Source of the DNA: Enoplolaimus lenunculus
Taxonomy: Eukaryota
DNA length: 64,000 nt
Direction: 5' to 3'
Assembly (NCBI GenBank): GCA_030248215.1
Contig: JASANG010002792.1
Span: 62,001 to 126,000, forward strand
Shown here: one piece after another, positions 20,725 to 35,017 of the stretch
How positions within the stretch are numbered: position 1 is the stretch's first letter
How the letters are laid out: each line of letters starts with the position of its first letter
Position numbers and translations under genes: made by a program
Notes under the pieces: model-generated
What the model was told of the DNA's origin: nothing
The model's input: the letters and a program-made list of their open reading frames with translations, nothing else
The model's database searches: none

Positions 20725-22165
20725 TAGATAAAATTAGGGTAAACTATATAAACGCATAAATAAAACTAACTGATTGTATCGCTAAATCCCAAATTTTGCA
20801 CATGCAAGTTTTTTAGCAAGATCTTCCAATTGCAAGCTAGCTGCAAAGTAGCGCATGTAATACATCTTCCACAATAAAATGTGTACAGGATGTGGAAAAT
20901 AAACAAAATCATTTGCAAACGGTTCGTTTTGGCTCAAATCACAATCTTTCAAGAAGCATCAAGCGGCAATGATTCAGATTGACCAACTAAAATGCACGAG
21001 CAATAAATGCAAACGACTTGCCACTGTCACTCGAGTGTCAATCTCTCATAACTGAGCTAATTGTGATAAAATAACTTGTATACATCAAATAATCTTCAGT
21101 GAAATTTGAATTTCAGCATAAATTTAATTTGAAGCTACAATTAAGTAAATTAACGCTTGACATGGTTAAGATTGTCATTCAATATATTAAATGTATTTTA
21201 TGGTAGCATAACAACTGCTCGCAAAGATACAACAGTGAATTTTTTGCCAGAAATCACCAACTTTTTGCCACCGAACGCTCTTGAAAATTAATATAAAATC
21301 GCTACTTATGTTCGCTACTCTTATATCGAGTTGACACTTCAACTATTATTGATGTTTAAGCCAAAACAACGGCGGCGATTCGCTGTCAAAACATTTCAAC
21401 TAAGCACTGAAAATAGTTTTTTTAATTGACAGAAACTAAATTGTGCCGAGCAAAGAATTAAAATATCACCATTGGAAACAAAGCCAACTTTGAAATACAA
21501 AATGTCAAAACGCTGCTCAAGTATTGAACGACAGGTTCTAACTCAACGAAGGTTTCAAAAAAAGTGTTTTGATGCCTATGTTCATTATTTGAACACCAAT
21601 TCTCCAGTCAACTCATCGTGTTTTTAAACAAATTTAATTTTAACTGAGATAAGACGGTTGAAGTTAGTCAAAAACCCTTAAAAACGATAGAGTTGACACC
21701 AGACGACCAACACACGGTTGCTTGATATAATGTTTCGCAACCCCGGGACAGTATTATCAATAGCGTGTAGCACTTTATAACCAGTTGATAATAGGTCTCA
21801 AAATTTTGAACAAAAACCTGTGAGCAAGTCAGAGCATCAAAATAGTGTCTGTGGCTGGGTTCCGGAAACTTGATTTGTTTAAAGTCATACTTATGTAATT
21901 ACTTTAGTCCGCATCTTAAATACTTAACTTTTGGAGCAAAAACACATAACAGCCTAATGTGAGCCATTGTCATCGTAACAAGAAAGCTATAGTTTTGCTT
22001 TTTATCATAAGGAGGCATCATGAGTGGACAATTTTAATTAGACAAAAGTTAATATGCCGTAACTGTTAATCTGTAAATAATCAAAATTACCCTGCGACTT
22101 AGTATTTACTTAAGCTTCAAAAACGACAAAATGGTTAAGTAATTTTTAGCACTTACTGTAAAGTA

Positions 22166-22606
22166 TTGTATTGACCTGAATAAGAGGGGGGACTGATATT
22201 TATTTGGCCTCTCCAGAGGGTACCCCCCTTGTTATTCGGTTACGGATTGTTATTTATTTTTAACCCACGCTCCACCGCCCTTCGTTACTGATATATATCC
22301 GGCACTGCAATTATCCGTTGAATTAAACATTTATTTCTCTTGTGTCAATAGCTTGAGCGATAATACAAGGTAATAATTATGAATGTACTTTCAAAATTTA
22401 AGTACGCTTTAATGTTTCGAACTCACATTATTTGGTCCTAGAGTCATTTATGCGCTACAATTAGGTTAATTGACATTTATGGACTCTAATTAGGGTTTAG
22501 GGACTCTATCCGCTTACGGACTATTATGAGGGATACGGACTCCTATTGATTTGGACTCAGAATGGGGACCCCCTCTTATTACCCCCTCTTATTCGGGTTA
22601 ATACAT
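22166..22606. mobile_element. MITE family B copy nested in a GGCTGGG-ended element (21853-22645)
   Basis: The host element matches 41601-41933 in the opposite orientation. Confidence 0.75.
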
Positions 22607-22885
22607 TACTAAATCGGACTTAAGTAGGTTTTCAGAAACCTAGCCAATATCACTCAAACAGCTGCGTATTCGCACGTTTTGTTTGCAGTTTTTTAGTTGT
22701 ATTTGGTGGGAAATACTGGCATGCTTGGTGTTAAAAATTGATTCGATGATTTTGTTTCTAATTTGGGTTTTGTAACTTTTCAGATTCTGAGAACGATTCA
22801 TTGGTATGTAAATGATGTAAAAGTACGTAAAGTAGTCGTATGGCTGATTTGTAGACTGCAAAATGTTTAGCCAAATTTGCCACTA

Positions 22886-23072
22886 CACTGCAAACATGGT
22901 AAATCAAATTGACTCTCTCTGAAATAGACTTTTCCGAACTACACAAACTGAGTCAAGTTCGACTCACTGAGTCCCACGTTCGACTCTGGCGAAGTTGAAT
23001 TTGACTAAGTTTGTGTAGTCCCGAAAAGCTTATTTACAAGAGAGTCAATTTGACTCACCATTTTTGACAGTG
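22886..23072. mobile_element. MITE family A copy
   Basis: Same inverted arms as the other family A copies. Confidence 0.8.
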
Positions 23073-24181
23073 TGGCTCTGTTCATCGGTGAATTTAAATA
23101 TCGTTATTGCTGTTGCTTTAACGAGGTGTAGTAACCAATAATTTAATTTTATTTCTGACGAAAGTATTCGTAAAATTTCATTGGTCAATAGGCAGATGCA
23201 GTACATTATTTGACACTCTGTAAAAACACTCTGCTCAAAATTCTATGGTTATATTTTACTAACCTTTTTGAGTATAAGTGTGCTAAATATTGAGTAAATC
23301 TTTGCTTAACAAATGTAAGTAAGTAAAACTAAAAATTTTGTGTTTGCTTAATATTAAGTAAAACTATTACCAAGCACCATAGTAAGTAAAACCGACACTT
23401 AATTCGGCAACAGTTTTACATAATTTTAAGTATAATTTTTTAGTGAGCGGTTGGAGCATGTTTGAGGCGTTTGCATTTGTATTCCAAGCATTCGTCTTTT
23501 CTCGAAATTTCACTTGTTGCTTTTGATTCAAAATCGATGATTCTTTAGACAAGAGTATGCAACTTACAAATTGGGTTTTAAACTGCTTCGTGGTAAACTG
23601 TACGGTGATGTACTAAATTTATCTGCGATAAGAATATTTTTCCACTGGATCGTGTGTTTTTGTAACACTAAAAAATACTGAAATTTATTTCACCAGGCCA
23701 ACAAGGATCTTATTAACGTATCACAAGCACCAGAATAAAACGATCATGCTATTCAGCCACATTTACCTGCAAAAACGACTAATATATTTATGTTAAAAGA
23801 ACTTTTTATGTAAATAGTTCGTTTAATATATAAGGTTCGTGTTTAATTTTGAGCACAATTCTCCTATTCATTTTTATGCAACCTTTTTTACGCGTAAAAT
23901 TTGACGTTTACAACAAAAGTACAGTATTCGCTTGTTTATTGGAGCTCTTTCTTATGGTTAGATTCAGGCTTTGCCCATGTTCTATACATTAGCCGTCAGG
24001 TGTATACTAAAATGTTGCCATCGTTCCTGTGTCATATATTTGTTGAACTTGTTGACACAAACAGTAGCAGTCGAAACAGGAAGCATATTTCTATTTGAAG
24101 TTCCACCACCGCACAATAAATTACTCAGCGTAAATCGGAATGTTTCCTTTAGCATGAAAACCATACATATATATCAAGGCG

Positions 24182-24928
24182 AAGGGCTGTTGGCCGGAAA
24201 AAATGTTTTTCATTTTTTCCATTGTTTTCAAAGAAAAAATGAATAAATGAAAAAATATTAAATGATTCTTAAATATAATTTGCAACTAAATATGATGTAA
24301 AATAACATTTTTAGATGACATGCATATAACTAATTTACATGCGACACATTAACAGTGACGGTGTGTATATGTCCACCACGACACATTGAAATTTCTAAAA
24401 AGAGCGAAAATTGTAGCATATGAATATATAAATGGAGTTCTGAATTGAAGCTTTGCCTCGAAATTTAATGTAAAACTATGTATAAATCTCGTACAGCTCG
24501 CTGACCAGGCTTTGTCGACAGTGCTTCCAAAGTCAAGGCACTCAAGATTGAAAGCTTGCCTTTACCGTATGATTTAACACAAGAATACGTCTACCTTCAG
24601 GAAAACTGCGTCAAATGATATATTTGTCCAAATTTTCGAAAAAATTTTGGACTTAACAATCGAATTTTTCAAAAATTCAGATTTGGGCATGGAGAATGAT
24701 GAGGGAATGTCATCAGAACCTCAAATATGCAAAAAGATTTAAAATCCAAGTATTTTTGGGCAAACGCCGGCTAAAAGTGGGATAACCGCTCACTCAGACA
24801 AAGAAAGCTTTTCCATTTTTTTTCTTTTTTTCCGGAAAAAATGAAAAAATTCAGTTTTTTTATTTTTTCCGGAAAAAATGAAAAAATCCATTATTCCGGC
24901 CATATTTTTTCTGGAAAAAGCAACCCTG
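24182..24928. mobile_element. hAT-type non-autonomous element
   Basis: 8-bp TSD tcaaggcg/tcaatgcg (7/8), agggctgtt...agcaaccctg ends, subterminal ccggaaaaaatg repeats. Confidence 0.7.
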
Positions 24929-27474
24929 TCAATGCGCATCGCCGACGGTGAGCAAACGATACTTTAATTCAATTTGCAATTGCAATATCTGTAAGTGGAA
25001 TTACGCTAGCTCTTCAACGCAGTCGCCCGACCAAAATAGGATTCAAATGGTTTTTGATCGCAGCTTTCAGCACGGACAAATTAGTTTTTTCAACTGATTT
25101 TCAATGATTTTTCATACTACCTGCAAGCGATTACTGTAGCTTCTATATCTGCAATCATTTTGGGGTCGTTTTCAAAATGAAATTTAGACAATATTCTACG
25201 GAGCGAACTATAAACTCAAAGCGACAAGATTATGTTTAAGCTTGAGCTTAGCGTTCTGGTGATACGGAATCAGATCATGCGAAAACAAAATAGTTTTCAA
25301 GTATCAAAAATTCCTTAAAAATTAAAAACAGCATGCTAAAATTTACTGATATAATGATAAACAATGAAACATAACGAAATAAACTTAAGTTGAAACTTTA
25401 GCATTCACGAGCAATCAACTAATGTGTTAATGAAGTAATTATGCAGGTTGACGCAAATGATTTAAGATTTTTAATCGGATCTAGTGTACGATTTATCTCT
25501 TATTAATATTTGTAGCGATTAAGCACTAGCAATCAGAGCTGGGAACACTCCTAACAAATATACAGTAGCTTTGAAATACGCGTCTCATATCAAAAATAAA
25601 ACAGAACTTTTACCGCTTTTGTGTTTCAAACAGTTTCTTTCAAAACGTTTTTATAAGCTAAGAAACTCTTAAATGAATCACTGTCACGGTAAAACGTTAC
25701 TTAAGGAACGTTTTCGGTTATTATCGAACTGCTATTGTATGACCAAAAACGCTTTTTCCGAAACGCAACAATCGTTTTGAATTTTTAACGCAGTTCTTAG
25801 GATTCTTAGGAATTATTAAAAAGTTTGAAAATTTGACAGAATATTTAAATGAAATAATTGTTAAACTAAACAACCAAATATAGTGTAATAATTATACCCA
25901 ACAGTTAACTTGTACTACTAATAGACATATCTTGTCTCACTGCAAAAAAGAACAATCCAAACCCTAACATGCATCGGATATGGGCAAAATGTTAAGTTTA
26001 GACAAATTTACAGTATAAAAAATTACAATTATTCAATTATCATAAACCAAAACTTAATTTATATATTCGGATAATGTCAAAACGATTGCAAAATTCGGTT
26101 CTCAATAGTGTTAAAAAGACTGAGAATTGTGCTTTTAAGTAAAATTAAGAAACAGTTTTAACTAAAAATTATAAAATTCGAAAATCCAGTAAATGCAACC
26201 GATTTTTAAGGCAATTTTCTCTGATAACAAGAGAAATTTGCCTTAAAGTTCTAGAGTAGAATATATTATCTATTTTAGGTCGTAGACGGCACCTTTTCAG
26301 CACTGTAGCGTTAAATCAAGTAATTCTCCAGATAAAACAAATGTAAACAGAAACATTGATAATAATTTTTGAGTTTCAAAGACGCTTGTTAACTGCATTG
26401 GCCAATGTAAAGAACAGCGCCGTAAATATAGTATAAGCGTATTCCAAAGCCTAAACCTCAACCTAAGTCTAAGCGTAAGAATGAGCTTGTACCTAAGCCT
26501 AAACCTAAGCAAAAAATGGACTAAAGCTAAAGTTTCATCTATTGCAGTCCAACAGTAAAACGTTCCGCTCTTGATCTTTACACGGGCCGTTGATTAAGTA
26601 CGTACGTTTTTCACATGCAGTTCAAAACAAAATAGAGTGGCGATCCTGGTCAATAGACATAACCTGGTTTGTTAAAACAAAATTAGTGTTTGGCACCGTA
26701 AGCTTGTATTTAGTGGTTGCGAAACAAGTACCTGTAAAAAGCTCCGTCTAAATATAAACGGAAGGGGCTGTTTTAGCATTACAGGAGCAGGCGCGTGGTG
26801 AATACAACGGAATAAAGAGGATGTACTCCAATATCGCACCAAACTCTTCATGAAATAGAACTCTTCACAACCTAAGACACAAATCACTACAGTACTACTT
26901 ATCTTTTGGATATAAAATTTTTTTCAAGATTTTTAAATAGGGGCATAAGTGCTGCAACTGTAGCCCTGATTAAACGACAAACGGTAATAAAATTTGCACA
27001 AAGTTCATAATGCCATATATCTACCAAGTTACCCATTAAGAATATACCATCCACGTCTACGGTAACTTCATATTGCTCGTATTGAATGTGATCATTGAAA
27101 ATAGAACAAGAAATGTCTAAAATTCTTGGTTTTAGACGTTAGACTATTTTAATTCTGCTCATACCAGTGTAAAACTTTGTCCAAAGTACACCACACATTT
27201 AAGGTCATGTAAATTTCTGAACCCAATTAAGTAAATTTATCTAAATTTTTAGTAGTTTCAACGGAAAATAGCTATTTTGCTATCATACTTACCTTTTTTT
27301 GTTTTTAAAACCTAATACTAACTGATGATAAGTGCAACAGCTATCACAAAATAGCGTACTCTCAAAAAGCTTAAGCTAACTTGATTTAAGCTTAATAGCT
27401 AATCCGCCAGTATTAAACAAACTTTTTAGATTAACTAAACTAACAGGTAGGTTTACGCTTAAACTCATTTATAA

Positions 27475-27938
27475 TCTTACATCGAGCGGTTAAAAAAATT
27501 AGACATTGAACCTCTTGAACTACGACGGTTAAAAGCAGACCTCGTAATGGTATTTAAATGTTTAAATAACGAAGTGGACGCGTGCTCAAACTTATTTAAC
27601 ATCTCACACAACAACGTTACACGTGGCAATCATATGAAGCTTTTAAAACCCAAATTTCTAACTAACAACTTAAAACACAGCTTCCATGTAAGAATCATTA
27701 ACGCTTGGAATTCACTGAACAACATGGTATCTTTACCAACCTCCTCTAAATTTAAAAAACAGCTGGACAATGTAGATCTTAACAAATTTTTGCTGTATAA
27801 TCGAAAATTAGGCTAGATATAAGTAGGCTTGTCCCTTTCTAACTATTTTATTGGTTGTAATATTCAATATAATTTTTCTCTTGTTCGTCGACTTACATAT
27901 ATACGTACGTTATTCACCAATAAAGAATGATGATGATT
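27475..27938 (+). mobile_element. 5'-truncated CR1-clade LINE (ORF2 C-terminus, 3' UTR and (GAT)n tail)
   Basis: YIERLKKLDIEPLELRRLKADLVMVFKCL...TRGNHMKL...FHVRIINAWNSL...FKKQLD is the typical CR1 ORF2 end; the element ends aataaagaatgatgatgat. Confidence 0.85.
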
Positions 27939-28339
27939 TTCAGTTTAAGCTAATTAAACTGATATTCAAGATTAGTTAAGCTATAATTTAACGTTAAGTT
28001 TATAGAGACTCGCCATTTTGTTTTTCAAACATTAAATGTAAACGCGAAAAATGTAGAAAAAAATCCAAACATAATTAACAAAAACAATAATAACAAATAT
28101 GTGATCGTGTCAAAAATTTCTTTCTTTTTTTTAAAAAAAGCGTTAATATTGATGCTAAAATAACATTTTGCCAAACACTGATACGGTTTTTGCATTTTAT
28201 TTTTATACAAATCTAGCGTTTTCCTACACTTTCAATCGATTGTCAAGCGTATTCGGTTAAAAAATGATGCATTTTCAGTTTAAAACTAAACTTGAAAATG
28301 GTTTAAAATAGCGTTTTATTTTTGACACGATTCGTTTAG

Positions 28340-31300
28340 CTACGCACATAACCCATCCCAGCAACGTGATTTGTGTTTTGGACATTTATCGCAACGGGCG
28401 CGACCATAAGTTGAGTATGCTTTGAATGCAGGTTTACCCCAAACGTTACCGGCACTATACTGGCAGACGAGAATATTAGACCGGGATACGCCAAGGGTAT
28501 AATGGCATGAAGCGGCACCACAACCGAATCGATCAGCACGAGCTTGAACAACCTGTCAATCAAACATTTAAACCAATGGGGCACTTGAATGTTTCAATGG
28601 CACGGCCAAAGCTTTTTTCGATGTTTTTCCTTGAACCGTTTCTTAAGCCTAAACTTAAGTCTCCGCCTAGTGCAATGTACACGTGTATCCGTGCTATTCT
28701 TAATGTCCTCTTGTTGAACGCATCACCAAGAGTAGTCTTACACTTTGACGATTGCTTAGCCCAAGTGGGGATACACACGAATGTAACACTAGCGAACAAT
28801 AACGTACAAAATATGCAACCCTGAAAAGTGTTCAGCAATTAATATTGCACAAATGTGGAATCATATCCACGGCACAGAAGAATGCAAAATCTTTACTTAA
28901 ATTGCAGATGGACATCTTTGTTATGATGTTCGTGTATGCGCAGCGGCGGATTCAGAAATTTCTGACTGGATACGGACTTGCGGAAGTTATGGAACGCAAT
29001 TTTAACTGTTTGGTATATATGTGCCAATTTTTTGAGAGGAAAAGTTGCAGTGTAGCGGCGTCCTCAGCATTGGATCACAAAAAATTGCTGACGAGTGGCA
29101 GAGCACGTTTGCCTTCTGGATCCGCTAGGGTGTATGGGTCGCCCATCGTGAACATATATTTTCTATTTGCCGTTATTTATATCAGATTTTAATATAATCC
29201 TACTTTCTACGGGTATATACGTATTCCAAAGTGAATATTTTGGGAAAATTTTTTACGCTGATTCATAGTTTATCAGGAGGACTCCTATATTTATGTATGT
29301 GCCTGTGAAGGCATGTACTATAATTGAAAACGATTCAAACTTCAAATGTGAACATTTCTAAGTGATTTTAAGTACTCAAAACAACAGTATTATCCATTTG
29401 AAACTGAATTGCGGAAACAGACGCCAAATTTTTGCCAAAAACATAATATCTATGGTAGATACTCTGGCAAGAAAGACAATAATAAAATGTTTAATTCAAG
29501 TTAATTTATTAGTCGTTTTAGCCCCGCTGCCACGTAGCACTTCCTACGCGTTTTATTACACCAATTCGCTTCGTTTGCCTACTGGGTCGCACCCGATTCC
29601 GTAGCCAGATGGTATAACATGGGGCTCAGCCGCAAGTAGAACTACCAAGTTCGGTTGCGAAGTTTTTTGCACTTTCATACAACTGGTGCTGTTAATTGAG
29701 TTTGTTTCACCTTTGGCACAATTTTAAATGACGTTTAGTTGCTGCGATTTGTCAAAAGACAAGTCTTTTACAAAAGTTTTCAGACTATTGTGTCAAATTA
29801 GCCAATTTAATATGTTTTACGACCTTGTTTTGTTTCACCTTCGACAAGAATTCGCAAATTTTGTCGGCTTATAACTGCGCCGTCTCCGGTTTTTTTCATA
29901 TCCGGTTGCATCCTGGAAACGCAACATATATAAGATAAAGTTGATGCATGTTGCAATTTTGTTTCGCAAATTCTGCATGCTTTTAGGGTTTGCGCTATGC
30001 TTGCGCTACGGCGCCGTCCGTTACCATCCGACGACGTCCGTGATCTGTTTTTTAACGCCATCTGCCACTCTACTGTATCCTACCGTGAGTAATTCGCGTA
30101 CGAGTACCATACCGCACCGTACCGCACGGTTACTGTCGGTTTCGTAGGGCATTAAAATAAATTATAGACCAACCCTAATGCTTTGCCAGCTATAAAAGAT
30201 TACAAAATATGGTCGGTACCTGAGTGAAATGGCCACAGGAATGTGAAAAGTATTCGGAACAGCCAAACTGATGCAATTCAACATACCACAGGTACACAGC
30301 GTTGCGAAAATTGCTTTGATTATCCGCCCAAATGTTTTCACCAACGCCCCTGAAAAAATAATTGTACAGGCAAAAAATGCCACATCATGTTAACTCGGGT
30401 CTGCGGTCTAAACCTCGTATTAGGTTCATTTTAAAGTTTATATTTCGGTTTATGCATCTACCATAATAACTTGCGTACACTATGTCAAAATATTTATATG
30501 CTTATCATTTAAAAATAAAGGTTTTTGGAACCGGAACAAAGTTTAAAAAAAACTATTAAAAATTGAACTTACTTCGGTCTATCGGTGCTGTGCATAAAAT
30601 CACAGCGATCGGCGTGTCTTTGAGCAGACTCTGCTAATCGTTGATCCCAGTACATGTATTCCATATTTGTTGCTGGAACCTAAATTGAAGACTAAAAAAT
30701 GTTAACACACATGCATCTAACGCTTCAACCAATGTACAGATTAAGGTCGTAATAGTAGTAAACGCTTTATCCTTAGTCTAGTATATCAAGTTTAGGTGCA
30801 GTAGAATTTCCGTGATATTTTCAGGTGAAAATAATCCACTGACGTGAAGGCTATAGTTTTACGTCAAAGTTCACACTGACCAACCCATTTGCAATCTTAG
30901 AAACAGAACTGAGTTTTAATTGTTAGCCATGACCCCGACATTTATAACGAATTTTGAGTAGACGTACTACAACAGCTGTGGCCAATGCAAAGAACAGGAG
31001 CGGAACAGTATTATAAAAATATTCCTAAGCTGAAGCCTAAAGCCTAGCCCTAAGCGTAAGAATAAGCATATTCCTAATCCTAAGCCTACGCCTAAAGCCT
31101 AAGCCAAGCAAAAAAGTAATTACTCTAAAGCTTAAGCTTACTCTATTGCAGTGCCACAGAAAAACGTTCCGCCCCCGATTTTTACATGAGCCACAGTTAT
31201 AATATTTTCATATCGAGTAAAGCGCACGAAGTATATAAGCAAACTAGTAATCTATTTCTATTAGTATCATTTTTGGCATCAAACTTAAATCAAATTAACA

Positions 31301-33188
31301 TTTTTTCGTTTGTTAAAACTCAACAGTGATTGATATTTTTATTTTTTCCATTTTTTGAAAAATAAAAATCTAAGCCGTTTTTTTCTGGTCCATTCAATTT
31401 TTTCTGACCAAAACCAACACTGGTTGACAACATCAAATTAATAATAGACATCAAACGCAAGACTGTACCGATCGGCGATATTTGTTATGTTCTTTTTCAA
31501 GAAACGCCGCTTGGCTGGGTGTAACACGACGCGAATACTTTAATCGATAAAAATCATAGTAATTTCTTGTATAACGCCGGGCTCTGACATGCCGTTCCTC
31601 AACCGCTGTATTTGTCTTCGATGGTGCCGCATCGTTTGACGTCACCGCCGTACCAAATCGATTTCGGAGCCGTACACCTGAAATTTAATGCAAGACATTT
31701 CAAAGCCTACGTTCGCTAAATCATTTCATTTTTATAATGATCGAAAGCCTTGTGCTAGATATCTTAGTCACCATTAACGCTTGCACGTTATTGTCGGAAC
31801 AATTTGAAGCTGCAATTTGAAGCTACAAGTTTTGCTCGGAAACCCAGGCATAAAACGTGAACTTGCAAGTGGCAGTTGCAAGCTTTCGCTGCAAAAAATG
31901 CACTTCTTAGCGGGCTGTGTAGGACAGATTGAAACACTATTTTGATAGCTGAATTCAATGTTATGCTTCGCGTATGTAGAGGCTATTAGCAGTATTTTAT
32001 ACAACAACGGACTTTAAGAAATATGGTACACGTTGTTGTACACATGTGCAACTGGACTAAGGCTTCTTCGGCCCTTAGATAAAATGTTGCGTAGGCATCT
32101 CATATTAAGTGAACGAAATTAAAAATCTGCGTTTTGTGAAGCTGTAGTGCTTTGCAGATATATAAACACATCCGAAGTGATAGATATTCCAAATGCATAC
32201 AGTCTTAATTTGCATGCGCAACATAAACAAAAATCTGTTGGAAAGCTGCACAAAATTCTGTATGTGAGACGATCCAGTTTTAATATATAGATATCCTAGT
32301 AGAAAGGTAAAAACTCATAGAGTCATAGTTAAAAATTTACAATCCTAAAGTAGTATATATTCAGCTTTAAAGTTCGATTACACACTATTTCGTATTGCTT
32401 AAGCTTTGCTAATCGCAATGCAATTCTATACCGCGTCTTTGTTCAGATAACGTATTCACTAGACAGACGTTGCACATAATAGTGAGCAAAACGAAAACTT
32501 TGCAATAAGATTTAGCGAGATTTTTGTTGTTAAAATTGTGTCTGGTTTTTCGCTCGCGAGTTTTTCGCCGATCCACGGGCCCTCCATCAGAAATCGCTGG
32601 AACCGCCACTGTACCTATTCACCAAGCTTTACCCTTGTCTTTGTTAGGTAAAGTTGCTTTCTTTAAACACCAGATTGACGATACGTTAATATTAGCAAAA
32701 GTGCATGATACCCTTTAACAAGAGTATGCAACTGAGTGCATTCTATGTAGAAAAAATGTGCCCAGCGCGCGTTGCATTTTTGGCTTACCCCCCTTATTTT
32801 GGGGGGTGTCAAAATCTTCATAGATGCTGAAATTGATGTGCTGTTTTCATATACTGAAAAGTGGTTCGATTATATTTTCGGTGTTGGCTGGCAGATACAC
32901 GTGTAATGAACGCAAAATTGACCCCCCCCCGCCAAATTGAGGGGGGTAGGACGATAACGCAACGAGTGCTGGTAGATTTAGTTCCATGCACACAAGGCGT
33001 TTTGCACACTCTTGGTTAAGGGATCATCCACTCTTGATATTAGCCATTGAATACCACATACCAGTAACACAGTCGTTCATTGTAATCAACAACAGTAAAC
33101 ATATGGCGACAATTTTGTTGATATTAACGCATTTGGTTATGATCTCAAATCCACCGTAATCTGTTCGACTTGACCCGTTCAGCGACAT
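28340..33188 (-). CDS. lon-1: CAP/SCP/PR-1 superfamily protein, LON-1-like. Core exons 31677-31469, 30679-30573, 30349-30220, 28552-28340; candidate 5' exons 33188-33062 and ~32615-32432
   Basis: Spliced protein FLEKEHNKYRRSVPATNMEYMYWDQRLAESAQRHADRCDFMHS...GVGENIWA...WYVE...CGHFTQVVQARADRFGCGAASC...LVCQYSAGN...PAF...CDKCP...CWDGLC*. It has the CAP motifs plus EHNxYRRxVPAxxM, SAQRHADxCDFxHS, VGENIWA and PAF, which I recall from C. elegans LON-1. Orthology is untested. Confidence 0.85.
28941..29130. mobile_element. hAT-type MITE
   Basis: cagcggcggattcagaa...ttctggatccgctaggg; TSD tgtatgcg/tgtatggg. Confidence 0.55.
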
Positions 33189-34600
33189 TTTTAGGTCAGA
33201 CAGAAGATGTTTGTTTTGATTTCCAGGTGCTTTTTTGTTGGTCGATTTATAGAAGAAATATATAGAAAAAACTGGATGCCGAAAACGGTGAGTAGGACTG
33301 CTAAATTTCACAAATGATACAAGATTTTAGACAAACGCGAGCGAATATCGACGGATTCATTTTAAGGTGAATTTTGGAAAACAACGAAATGTAATTATAA
33401 GCTAATGTCTAGTTATTATAATTCGTAACAAATTTATGTGTTATTTCGTAATTAGCTAAGTTTAGGGAATGTTCAAGTTCCCAATAGCCAGAAATCCAAA
33501 TATACAACATGTGTCGGTCGTTACTAGGGCCGCTGAGCTGATCCAAGCCCTGGGAAGACCACGTTACGTATAGGGATGCAATTTATACCAGTGAAATAAA
33601 CCTATTGTGCAGTGCGAGCAAAAATCCAAAAATAATTTTAGTATCCGTATTGTAAGGTAGGGATCATACTATTCTTCATAAAATTTTCTTTCTATAGTTA
33701 AGCTCATAAATATACAAAATTTGTCACATTAAAAGATTATGAACGGAACGTTTTCCTGTAGGACTGCAATAGACTAAGCTTAAGCTTTAGACTAATTTTC
33801 TCGCTTGGCTTGCGATTAGACTTAGGCTTTAGGCTTAAGAATATACTCATTCTTACACTTTGGCTTAGGCTTAGGAATATGCTTATAATACCTTTCCGCC
33901 CTTTTTCTTTACCTTGCCCAAAATTTTATGACCGAAAACGGGAGCCGACCCCGCCCCACGCCTCCCGCCTACTCTGCCACTGGTTCCACAAGAGAATATA
34001 TTGAAGTCTGTGATAGATTTTGTTACAAAGATTACCAGTTTCACAGCTAATCTCGATTTAGTTAATACGACACATCGCCATACTACAGTCTATACTGGTA
34101 AACCTAGAACCGAAGTGACTAGGCGTGGACTTGCCATATGACGTACTGATTAACCGGTCAGTAGGCCGAATGGCATTTAGGCCACTTCATAAAATTGAAA
34201 ATCTGTTTCAAATTTCAAGGTGTCCGTTAGGCCAAAAATTGAATCCTAGCAATATTGTTTTATTAATGGTAAGTGCATTATTTTTCGAAATGGTCGACAA
34301 TGAGGGGCACGGTTATATCACAAAACTAGAGCTGAGTTTTAGGTCCAGCCCCTTTCAAAAGTGGGCCGTGCTAAACTTGTTGCCATGCAGCAAGATTTAT
34401 AAACCGGGAGCCGGATATTCGCAACTGTGCATAGCATACATCTCGATTTAGTAGTTGGTTTTTGAACAAGTCAACCGAAGCAGGCAACGCAGGTCAAATT
34501 CTGTAGGATAAAGCTAAATGCGAAAAAAATGTGCTGAACTTCAAAGATCGCCATTCGCTCACATTATAAAGCTGAGATAACTAAATGATATGTAGGTATA

Positions 34601-35017
34601 CTGTAGTGACCCAAATAAGAGGGGGGCCTTATTTTTATTTTGCCTCTCCAGAGGGTACCTCTTGTTATTCGGCTACGGACTGTGATTTATGTTTGCCCCA
34701 CGCTCCGCCACCCTTCGTTACTGATATATCCGGTACTGGAACTATCCGTTGAATTAAACGTTTATTTGTGTTGTGTCGATAGCTTGAGCGATAATGCAAT
34801 GTTAAGGAATGTACTTCCAAAACTTAAGTACGCTTTAAAGTTTCGAAGTCAAATTATTTGGTCCTGGACAATTAGGGATAATTGACATTTATGGACTCTA
34901 TTAGGGTTAGGGACTCTATCCGCTTACGCACTCTTATTTGGGATACGGACTCTTATCGATTGGGACCCAAAATGGTGACCCCCTCTTATTACACCCCTTT
35001 TATTCGGGTCGCTACAG
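34601..35017. mobile_element. MITE family B copy
   Basis: ta|ctgtagtgacccaaataag...tattcgggtcgctacag|ta. Confidence 0.85.
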
